From the IMG/VR virus record IMGVR_UViG_3300033997_000478, positions 260,429 to 324,428 of that record: 64,000 nt of DNA; one strand, given 5' to 3'. Made by a program: the position numbers and the translations under genes. Below, piece after piece: positions 46,084 to 55,100 of this stretch. How positions within the stretch are numbered: position 1 is the first letter of the stretch; the number at the start of each line of letters is the position of its first letter. The notes under the pieces are model-generated. The model saw nothing but the letters and a program-made list of their open reading frames with translations. It was not told where the DNA came from and did no database searches.

Positions 46084-47217
46084 ATGGAAAAGATGAAACA
46101 ACTGCTTCCCGAATACGACCGCCAGAGCGACGGCGTTGACTACATCGCCATCAACGTACGCGCTGCCACTCCGCTGGGTCGTGCTCTGAGCCTGGGCACT
46201 GCATGGCGTGTGGAAACCAACTACCACGGCAACTTCTCCTCGCTCGGTGGTGTGGTGCGTTACTTCGCCCGTCCCAATGATCCGTTCTGCCGTGAAGCCA
46301 CTGGCGCTGAACAGGACATGGAGATCTCCACCACGTTCGATGACGTCTACAGTGATGTCTACACCCAGCTGATGTGGGAAACACTCTCCAAGATCGACTG
46401 GGTGATGGCGGCGATGGTGGCGAACAGGCTGCCGTTCGTCTACTACGTCAACTACGGTGACGGCGATGGCCTTCAGCCCGTACGTATGCCGCAGTGGTTT
46501 GCCGAAGCAGTTGAGAAGTGCGTCAGCAACGCACGTGCTGGCAAGTTCGTCAAGCAGGCTGAAAAGTCGGCCGTACCCGGCCCGCTGCAACCGTGGAGCT
46601 TCCCTTCAACGCCTGTCCGGGGTGAAGAGTCGTCGCCGCTGGAGCAGTGCGTGGAGAAGGAAGTCAAGCCACGTCGTGCGCGCAAGACTGTGGTGACCAC
46701 CACTGATCCGACGATCGATCTCAAGCCCGCCGCGGCGGAAGTCGGATCGGATTTGCCACCGTGGGCGCTGGGAGGGGACAAACCGCAAGCGGCAGGTCCG
46801 GTGAATGATGAACCAACCAAACAGCCTTTCGAAAACACCAAGTTCGAGAAGAAGGCTGCCAAGAAGCGTGTGGTCAAGAAGGTGCCGGAGTTCAAGGATT
46901 CGATTTCCTTCCTCGACAAAGGCAAAGCCGAGATCCAGTTGTGGTTCAAGCGTCTGCAGGCTCTGAGTGTCGAGCAGAAGGCGCTGGTGGATCAGATCAT
47001 CGAACCGTTCGACGACCTCGTCGGCAAGCCGGTACCGGACGAAGAGATCCGTGACACGCACCTGCCGTTGATGCTCAAGATGTTGGAGAACATCAAGGAC
47101 AAGCAGGTTGCTGACTCCATTGCCCGTGGCGTCTGGACCTACGTCTTCGATGCGCCCTACGGTACGCCCGATGTGATCGCCAAGTTGCAAAGTTACTACG
47201 TGCCGGAAGAGGAATGA
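46084..47217 (+). CDS. Protein with degenerate NADAR-like N-terminal domain
   Basis: N-terminus DGVDYIAINVRAATPLGRALS parallels DGIDHINVYSKGATQLGQDLS of the next gene. Pro/Lys-rich linker and helical C-terminus. Confidence 0.6.
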   Translation: MEKMKQLLPEYDRQSDGVDYIAINVRAATPLGRALSLGTAWRVETNYHGNFSSLGGVVRYFARPNDPFCREATGAEQDMEISTTFDDVYSDVYTQLMWETLSKIDWVMAAMVANRLPFVYYVNYGDGDGLQPVRMPQWFAEAVEKCVSNARAGKFVKQAEKSAVPGPLQPWSFPSTPVRGEESSPLEQCVEKEVKPRRARKTVVTTTDPTIDLKPAAAEVGSDLPPWALGGDKPQAAGPVNDEPTKQPFENTKFEKKAAKKRVVKKVPEFKDSISFLDKGKAEIQLWFKRLQALSVEQKALVDQIIEPFDDLVGKPVPDEEIRDTHLPLMLKMLENIKDKQVADSIARGVWTYVFDAPYGTPDVIAKLQSYYVPEEE

Positions 47218-47309
47218 TGTGAGCCGTAAAGGCTAACGATCAACCCGACGGCGATCCCTAAAAAGAAGCGCCCTCTCCAACATGGCGCTCCCGCCAATCG
47301 TGATTTCCT

Positions 47310-47918
47310 ATGTCCAACGAAACCTCCAACCCGGAAGCTCTCGAAGTCCTGCCGGCGGATGCATTGCCCGATCCCAAGCGTGACGGGATTGACCATATCA
47401 ACGTCTACTCCAAAGGAGCGACGCAGCTGGGTCAAGACCTGAGCAACTTCGCCCATGTCCCCTTCGAGCATCCCGACCACGGGTTCTTCGCTTCGATGGA
47501 GGCCTACTGGTACTGGCTCAGCACCGGCAAGCAGCATGACAACCTGCGTCGTCTGTACAAGGCCACAGCCAAGGCTGCCGGTATCCGCCTGCCGAAGGTG
47601 GAGATGGATCCGGAGTTGTTCCGCAGCCTGATCTGCGATGGCCTGAAGCTGAAGATCATGCAGAACCGCAAACTGCGTGATGAGCTGAAGAAGTCGCACC
47701 TGCCGTTCCGTCACTACTTCTTCTACGGTAGTGCGCCGAACTGGGTGATCAAGGAAAAGGCCGACCATCGCTACCAGATGGAATGTCTGGAATCGATCCG
47801 CAAGGCGCTGCAGCAGAATCAGCCGGTCCTGCTCAGTGACGGGCGCTCGGCCCTGGGCATGGAAATCCAGGCCGTGGTCGAAGATCCGATCCCCTTCGAG
47901 CTGCGACTGGATCCGTAA
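47310..47918 (+). CDS. NADAR/YbiA-like protein (tentative)
   Basis: LSNFAHVPFEHPDHGFFASMEAYWYW resembles the NADAR LSNF...F...F.S.E.Y motif. LKLKIMQN..LRDEL resembles the NADAR C-terminal helix. Confidence 0.5.
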   Translation: MSNETSNPEALEVLPADALPDPKRDGIDHINVYSKGATQLGQDLSNFAHVPFEHPDHGFFASMEAYWYWLSTGKQHDNLRRLYKATAKAAGIRLPKVEMDPELFRSLICDGLKLKIMQNRKLRDELKKSHLPFRHYFFYGSAPNWVIKEKADHRYQMECLESIRKALQQNQPVLLSDGRSALGMEIQAVVEDPIPFELRLDP

Positions 47919-47924
47919 CTGAAT

Positions 47925-47968
47925 GCCGGGAGCCTTCGGGCTCCCGGCTATGCCGTCCTTTCTTTTTT
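47925..47968 (+). terminator. Hairpin plus TATG plus U-tract
   Basis: GCCGGGAGCC ttcg GGCTCCCGGC tatg ccgtcctttctttttt. Confidence 0.75.
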
Positions 47969-48016
47969 GTCTGTCCCCTCCGGCTAAGGGTATGATAAGA
48001 CCTTAGAGACAATTCC

Positions 48017-49612
48017 ATGTCCAATCCGAATTACAAGCCGATGACGGCTGCCAATGCTCCGAAGATCAATACCCCCGGTGGTGGGTATAAGACCGAGAGC
48101 TTGCTGACCAACATCATCAAAACCCAAGGTGCCGCTTTCGTCCAGAAGAAGGGCGCGGAGCTGGCCAGCAAGCAGTTGTCCAAGCAGACTGACAAGCTGA
48201 TGGGTAAGCTTGGCGGTAAGCTGGGTGGCAAGCTCGGTAGTAAGTTCTCCTCCTCTGGCGGCCTGATGGGTTCGGCGGAGAATCTGGCGGCCAATGCTGC
48301 GCGTTCGGTCACTGACAAGCTGCAATCGGCCATTGGTGGTAAGGCCACCGCTCTGCTGGGTAACAAGTTCGGTGGTGTGGCGGGTCAGCTCGGTGGTAAG
48401 GTGGCTGGCGCCATCGCTAACGCGGCTACCAAGACGGTCACCAATCTGGCTACCGGTGCGATCAACAAAGTCTCCTCGGCTGTCTCTGATGCTACTGCTG
48501 GCGTCAAGGGTAAAGCGCAGAGCATGCTCACCTCAGCGCTGGGCGCGGCTGGTGGCGGTATGTTGGGTAACGTACTAGGTAAGGTCGGTGACACCGCTGC
48601 CAAGAATCTGGCAGGTGCCTCGTTTGCACCGGGCTTCTTGGAAACCGGCCCGCGTGCTGAGACCAAGGCAATCGACCCCTACGGCGTGTCGGACAACAAC
48701 ATCGTCTCCACGATTACCGATACCGTCAAGGATGCCGCAGCTACCGCTCTGGAAGACGTGCGCGCCACGGGCACCGGGTTGATGGGCGATCTGATGCCGC
48801 TCAAGCTGAAGGACCTGAAGAACTTCAAGCAGACCAAGGAGCGTCTGGCTGCACGTGTCACGGACATGTTCGGTGGTCGCGAGTCTGCGGTCAAGTCGAT
48901 GCCCGGTAGCATGCAGTCCACGATCGGCAACGGTCTGGGTCTTCCCGATGACGCCTACGACAAGCTCGTGGTGACCATTGGTGATGCGGTCAAGACCTAC
49001 GATGCCGAAGACGTGGAAAATGCCCGTCAGGTTTACAAGGTCATCGAACAGGTCTCCTCCTCGCCGGCAGGTGTTCAGTTCGTTGACGTGGCGGCTAAGT
49101 CCTCGCTGCTGGCTGGCTGCATGCGTGAAGCAATCATGCTGGGCGATTTCAGTGCAGTGGAAGTGCTGCTGGAGAACCAGGATGACGAGTCCAGCTACAA
49201 CGCCTTGTACGCCAACGTGCTGGTCGCTCTGGAATACTCCGAGCTGGACACCGTGCTGCTGATGATCAACCGACTGGGTACTGAGCGTATCCTTTCGCTG
49301 GTTCCCAACGCAGCACAGACCCTGATGGCCAATTACAAGCTGCCCAAGGATGTGACCTCCGAAGGCTACAGCGCCGAACTGATTGCGCTGGTGGCTGCCC
49401 TGGATCTGCTCAAGCCGAACTGGGACAAGATCGTGCGCAACGGCGTGTGGACCAGTGACCTGCGTGTCTTTGCAGAACTGAGTGAGGATGCGAAGTCGCT
49501 GTTCCTGCGCAATGACAATTACGTGGTACAGACACTGATCGCACCTGACTTCATTGACGCTCCGGACATGGCCGAAGAGTTCAAGAAGATCTACGACCTG
49601 ACACCCATCTGA
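48017..49612 (+). CDS. Putative virion protein with Gly/Ala/Lys low-complexity N-terminus
   Basis: 531 aa. About 200 aa of GKLG/GGxAG-rich amphipathic repeats, then a globular helical domain. Confidence 0.65.
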   Translation: MSNPNYKPMTAANAPKINTPGGGYKTESLLTNIIKTQGAAFVQKKGAELASKQLSKQTDKLMGKLGGKLGGKLGSKFSSSGGLMGSAENLAANAARSVTDKLQSAIGGKATALLGNKFGGVAGQLGGKVAGAIANAATKTVTNLATGAINKVSSAVSDATAGVKGKAQSMLTSALGAAGGGMLGNVLGKVGDTAAKNLAGASFAPGFLETGPRAETKAIDPYGVSDNNIVSTITDTVKDAAATALEDVRATGTGLMGDLMPLKLKDLKNFKQTKERLAARVTDMFGGRESAVKSMPGSMQSTIGNGLGLPDDAYDKLVVTIGDAVKTYDAEDVENARQVYKVIEQVSSSPAGVQFVDVAAKSSLLAGCMREAIMLGDFSAVEVLLENQDDESSYNALYANVLVALEYSELDTVLLMINRLGTERILSLVPNAAQTLMANYKLPKDVTSEGYSAELIALVAALDLLKPNWDKIVRNGVWTSDLRVFAELSEDAKSLFLRNDNYVVQTLIAPDFIDAPDMAEEFKKIYDLTPI

Positions 49613-49615
49613 CAG

Positions 49616-49656
49616 CATAGACCCCCTCTCCTCCTTGCGGGGGAGAGGGGGCTATG
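49616..49656. terminator. Bidirectional hairpin at convergent junction
   Basis: catag a CCCCCTCTCC tccttgcgg GGAGAGGGGG c tatg (approximate stem). Confidence 0.7.
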
Positions 49657-49785
49657 TCGGAGGTGTTTTTTATCTTCCCCAGGGGTGTGACTTAGCCGAC
49701 CTAGCGCGGTCGTTTCAGTTAGGTGGGAAGAAAGGAGAGCCAACGGCTGGTTTCCAAAGGATTAGACCGTGCGTAATTTCTTACG

Positions 49786-52044
49786 TCAGTCGGGTCGATC
49801 GGTTTCCAGCGACACCGCGTTGATCAGTCGACCCAACGTGGTTTGACCTGCCCACATCGAAACTCGGGCCGGTGACTTCCAGGTGTTCCAGTTTTGCATC
49901 TGACGATAGCGGGCCAGTCGCCAGCGACGGTTGGCGTAGACCATGTCCTGCCAGCTCAGACTACCCAGTACCGCAAGGTAGTCGGTGAAGCTGTTGTCAT
50001 CGTCGTACGTACCGCGCTGGATGTAGGTTGCCGCTTCCTGCAGGCCCGCACCGCCGAGCAAGTCCGCCGTACCTTGAGCGAGTCGATCGCCCATGGAGAA
50101 GTTGGCTTGGATCGGCATGTGCATGATCGTGGACATGTCCACAATCGAGAAGGTCACATCGATGCCCAGGGCTTCGCCGTCTTGGTTCCAACCCATGTTA
50201 CCCACACCGCGGGTGATCGACATCGAATCGATCATACCCAGTCGGATGGCATGGCGACCGCGACAGAACGCCTCACAGATGAACGGTGAGGTGAACGAGC
50301 GCTTACCCGTAGACAGCGGCAGGGCCGCAGCCAACAACATCGACAGCGGGATGTACAGGTTCATCAGACGCGACATACGCGACCCGTAGGGGCTGCGCAG
50401 CTTGATCGTGTAATCTGCCCGCGGCAGGTTGGCCGTAGAGCCTGACCAGGTCTTGGGGATGTCCACGAAGGCGTTACCGGCCAGTGCGACCAGACCACCC
50501 ATCTGAATACCTTCCAGCGCACCCGACAAGAAAGCCTTACCGGCACTGATCACGCCACCAATCATCGAACCGAGCGGACCATCACTGATGTTACCATCAG
50601 CAAAGTCGAAACGGGCCGAACGTGCTTGGGAGGAGGTCGAGTTGAACTTGCTGGAGATGCCCGGCTCTTCCACCGAGTTACTGAAGGACTCACCCGTCGA
50701 GCCGGTATAGTTCACACGGAAGGTGACAAACTGCGAACCGTCGCGACGTTCAGCCTCGAACATCTCGCCCAGCTTGCTGAAGTAACCACCCGAGGACTTC
50801 TGTCCGCCGTCGGTGTAATTGCCCAAGTTGTACTGGCTACGATCGCCGACGAACTCAGAGTCCATCGAGATCTTGGCGCCCGAACCGGTAGAGCTGTCAT
50901 TACCGTTGGTGCCTTGGTCGGCATTACCGGTGATGATGTTGCCATCGATACCCATGCGGGTTTCGCCACCAGCTTGGTTGCGTTCGCTGCCCAGGTAGAT
51001 CTTGCGATACGTATCGATACCGCTTGACGGAACCGGTTGCAGGCCACCGTTGAGGAACATGTCCTGACGGAACTGCTTCATCGTCTTGGCAAGATCAGCG
51101 CTGTTGTTGATCGAGTCCAGACGCACCTGCAGTTCGGTGTTGAACTTGTTGGCGATACGCTGCGCGCGCGTGGCGATGGCATAGACGTCCAGACCCACCG
51201 GACCCTTGTCAGCCGTACCGGTGGCGCCCTTGGGACGGTCACCAACGGCGAAGATGTCCGGCAGGTACTTGGCGTACTCATCGAGCATCTGCTTCTGGTC
51301 ACCGCCAAAGCGGCCGTCGTTGATACCCATGACCGACTGCTGCGCCTCAGTCAGGGTATTGGGCATGATGCCCATGTTCACCGCAATACCATTGGCGATC
51401 GTGTTGACCGCCTGCCAGTACGGGTACATGGCCGGCTTGAGGTAGTAGTACTTACTGGCCGGAACGTTGGCCAAGAAGCGGATGATCTGACCGCCCAGGA
51501 TCAACGGCTGCAAGGGCAGAGCGAGCAAGAAGCCCACTGCCTTGCCGGCAGTTGAGAAGAAGTCAGAGGTACGGCCGGTACGGGCCATCAGGCCTGCGTC
51601 CACCGAGTAGAAGTTACTGAAGAACTGAATCAGCGAGTTGTACTCAGGTACGCCAAAGCGCATGATCAGGTCTTGACCGTAGTCATCCAATCCTTCGCTG
51701 TAGAAGCGACCAATACCTGCACTGGGGGTGGTGAAGCCAGGTTTGCCCGGATCACCTTCAGCCAAGTATTTACCTGAAGACATCATGTAGCGCACGCCAC
51801 CATTGTCGCGCTGTGCATTGGTTGCACCGCGACCGTAGCGTGAGTTACCACCCTGACGAATGTCAGCGTAGCGAGTGAAAGATGGCGGAGCATTGATGGC
51901 GAAATTGCCACCCAAGGTCGTGTCGACGAACTTGAAGCCCGCCGAGGACAACACTCGACGACGCTTGTCCAGCTCGTCCAGCGCCTGGTCAGGCAGCATG
52001 AACGATTGCTGCAACCAGACTTTGTCTTTAATTCGGAAAGCCAT
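49786..52044 (-). CDS. Baseplate/tail-hub protein (phiKZ gp182-like by synteny)
   Basis: 752 aa from ATG 52044, directly downstream of the tape-measure gene. GGNFAINAPP.FTRYADI, RFGVPEYNSL and LGMIDSMSITRG motifs. Confidence 0.65.
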   Translation of the reverse strand: MAFRIKDKVWLQQSFMLPDQALDELDKRRRVLSSAGFKFVDTTLGGNFAINAPPSFTRYADIRQGGNSRYGRGATNAQRDNGGVRYMMSSGKYLAEGDPGKPGFTTPSAGIGRFYSEGLDDYGQDLIMRFGVPEYNSLIQFFSNFYSVDAGLMARTGRTSDFFSTAGKAVGFLLALPLQPLILGGQIIRFLANVPASKYYYLKPAMYPYWQAVNTIANGIAVNMGIMPNTLTEAQQSVMGINDGRFGGDQKQMLDEYAKYLPDIFAVGDRPKGATGTADKGPVGLDVYAIATRAQRIANKFNTELQVRLDSINNSADLAKTMKQFRQDMFLNGGLQPVPSSGIDTYRKIYLGSERNQAGGETRMGIDGNIITGNADQGTNGNDSSTGSGAKISMDSEFVGDRSQYNLGNYTDGGQKSSGGYFSKLGEMFEAERRDGSQFVTFRVNYTGSTGESFSNSVEEPGISSKFNSTSSQARSARFDFADGNISDGPLGSMIGGVISAGKAFLSGALEGIQMGGLVALAGNAFVDIPKTWSGSTANLPRADYTIKLRSPYGSRMSRLMNLYIPLSMLLAAALPLSTGKRSFTSPFICEAFCRGRHAIRLGMIDSMSITRGVGNMGWNQDGEALGIDVTFSIVDMSTIMHMPIQANFSMGDRLAQGTADLLGGAGLQEAATYIQRGTYDDDNSFTDYLAVLGSLSWQDMVYANRRWRLARYRQMQNWNTWKSPARVSMWAGQTTLGRLINAVSLETDRPD

Positions 52045-52065
52045 GAATAACCTCGAGAGAAGAAG

Positions 52066-52101
52066 GCGGGGGAGGATCACCTCCCCCGCGCTTCACTTAT
52101 G
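52066..52101 (-). terminator. Hairpin between tape measure and baseplate genes
   Basis: GCGGGGGAGG atca CCTCCCCCGC ... ttatg; the minus strand reads CATAA-hairpin-CTTCTTCT. Confidence 0.65.
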
Positions 52102-52106
52102 CCGCC

Positions 52107-55100
52107 TTACTGGTGACGCACATCGATCGGCACACCACCGTTGAAGGTGTTGGTCGGTCGCGTGCTCTCCAGCCTTGCCGAAGACGGCGGAGTCGGAGGC
52201 CGTTGTTCGGCAACGGTTTGTTGCTGGGGTTGTTCTGCTTGCTTCTGGGTCTGACTGGAGCCCTGTTGTTGCATCAGGGGTTTACCTCCATTCATCTGCA
52301 TCCGCAGCAGCGTGACGATGTCGCCGGTATTGATGCGAGTCTGGCGTGCCTCTTCCACCAGGTTGGCCAAGAGCTGGGTGCTCTGGTTTTGCTGGGTAGC
52401 GGACACCTGACTTTCGTAGCGGTTCTGGATCTCAGTCTGACGAAGCGTTTCAGCGCGCTGGGCGCGTTCACGTTCTTGGGCCTGGAACTTAGCCGCCTCA
52501 TCGCTGCTTTGAGCAGCCGAGGTTGCACTCAATGCCGAGGTGCTGGAAATGTCCGGAGCCGGCATAGCCGACGAACCGGAAGGACCATTACCTGCACCCT
52601 GCGCCAGAATACCACCACCGGTCTTCTGCATGTCCGTCGCTTCGGCCGGAGCCTGACGCGGAACATCGGAGATTTCCGTTTCCGGCTTGGGCGGATTGAC
52701 ACCGCCGCCAGCGTTGGCTGTCGTGGTCGTGGTCGTGGGCGGGTAAGCCGAGTCGTTACCGACATTGGGCTTATTCCCCGTGGTATCCACGCTGGCCGTT
52801 ACGCCAGAGAAGTCTGCCTTACCTGCAGCGGCCGGAGCCGTGCCGGTGGGCTGCATGACCTGACCACCCAAACCTGCATCGCCGCCGTAGCCCTTGTAGG
52901 CATTGAGCATCTTGCGTTGCAGATCTGCGTACACCGCACCGATGGTACGGGGACGACTGTAGTCCGGCACCATCCTCTTACCTTCGCGCTTGGATTCGTA
53001 GAACACCCAAGCGTTGGCAGCGGCTGCACGCGGGAACGCCTTGACGGCATTCTCGTTGGGATCCTTGTTCAGGAACTGCGCAGCGCCTTCCGGACCGAGG
53101 AAGTGAGCCATGTACATGTCAGTAGCCGTCAGCGGCTTCTTGACCTTCTTGGACACGTAACTGTAGTTGGACTTCAGGTACAGCGCACCCATGATGGCAT
53201 TGGCACGCGAGTCCAGCGGACCGGTACCCGGAGCGATGCCGTACTTGCTGGCATGCTGGGCCATCGACTGACGCCACGTACCTGGGATGAACTGATACAG
53301 ACCCTGAGCTGCGGACGTACCGGGGCTGCCCAGCGGGTTGAAGCTGGACTCCACCATGCACATCGCATACAGCATGTTCGGATCGGTGCCGGTCATCTTG
53401 GCTACGGCATCGAGCATCGGCTTGAGCGCCGCAAAACGCTGCTTCACCGGCATCGCCGCCAGTTCCTGGTTACTGGGGATCTGGGGCAACGAATTGATGT
53501 CGCCGCCCGTACCACCGCCAGGATGCTGAATAGCCGTGCCGCCGGTCAATGCACCGTAGACCGCCTGACCCGGCGCCAACGCAGCCGAAGCTGCCGAAGT
53601 AGCTGCACCGGACCAATCACCAGCCTTGGCTTGGTTGTAGGCCTGCGAACCCAGGTCGGTCACCGTGGTGGCCACGTCCTTGACACGGTCGATTTGACGA
53701 CCCAGCCAGTTACGCTCACCACTCTTACCGCCGAGGAAGTCATCCACCTTGGCCTGACCGCGACCCATGGCATCGAGCATGTTGGCAATCATGCCCTTCT
53801 TGTTGGCTGCCTGAGCGTCCAGGCCATCGACCTTGGTTTCGCTCATCACCTTCTTGCTGACAATGCTTCGCAGAGCCAGCAGTGAACCCGTCGTTGCCGC
53901 TTGATCGGTCAGCAGCTTTTCCTGGGCACTCCACGGGGAAATCGTGACGTACCAGACCGAACGACCATCATCGTCCTTGGCTGCCATGATGTCTTGAGCC
54001 ATCTGAACCAACTGCTCACCCTTGAGGGTTTTCTCAGGTGCCGTCAGGTCGACGTTCTTGGCAATCTTGTCAGCCGAGCGAATGTAGGCAATCGCAGTGG
54101 GCAGGAAGCGCTTGTTGAACCAGATGCCCCAGCGCTCACGATCATCCGGCGTATTCGGCGTCAGGCCGAAGAATGCGCACGCCGTGGAGTAGGTAGCGTC
54201 CGTGTCCATGTTGTAGTATGCGCTACCGTCACTTGCCAGCTGGGTGTTCTTAGCCACGAACATTTCCAGAGCAATCAACGCACGGACACGATCGATCTCC
54301 AGTTCTGCCAGACCGTAAGTCCGCAGACGGATCGCTTGCAGCGGGGTGATCTTGTCGGCACGACCCAGCAGCGGCGGGAGTAGACCCGTCAGCGGCTTGG
54401 TCAGGAGAATCTTGCCCTTCAACGATTCAGTACCGCCAGCCTTGTTAGCCAGCTCCTGATTCTGAAGTGCCAGACCTTCCTTCTTGACCAACTTGTTGTT
54501 GTACCACTCAGCCGCCCATTGGGCTTGCATGCGGAACTGAGTCGGGGCCATGTCAGCCAGCTTGTTCAGCTTGTCGCCAAAGCGCTTGGACAGCGGACCG
54601 CCCTTGCCATCGACGTTGCACGACTTGACCGCCAGCAGGTAGGCCTGTTCGATCTTGTTCGGGTCATCGATGATGTCAGCCGGATCACCGGTCGGAGAAG
54701 CCAGTACAGCGTAGACGCTGCGGCTCACTCCGTTCCAGACACTGTTGACCAGCTTCAACCGCGACTCGGGCGGCAGCTTGTCAGTGTCATTCATCATGTC
54801 CAGCGAACTGGTCATCATGGAGGCCTTGAAGTTCTCCCCCGACACCTTCTTGGACGGATCGATCTTGTTCAGCTCGATGATCCATTGGGTGTAGACCGGC
54901 AAGAAGCGATTGGCGTACCAAGTCTGGAACGAACCGCGATCCAGCGAGGAGCCGCCGAACCACATCATGCCATCGTGGATACCAAACAGCTCGTAGGCGT
55001 CATTCATGGTGAAGTCGTCACCGCCACCCAGACTGGTCGACACGTTACCGGTCGCCTGGTCGATGTGCGGGGCCAGCTTTTCTTCCAGCTTGACAACCTT

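Noticed and set aside
49657-49785. 130-nt unexplained spacer at a convergent junction, possible ncRNA
   Set aside because: No convincing structure, tRNA cloverleaf or ORF was found by eye.
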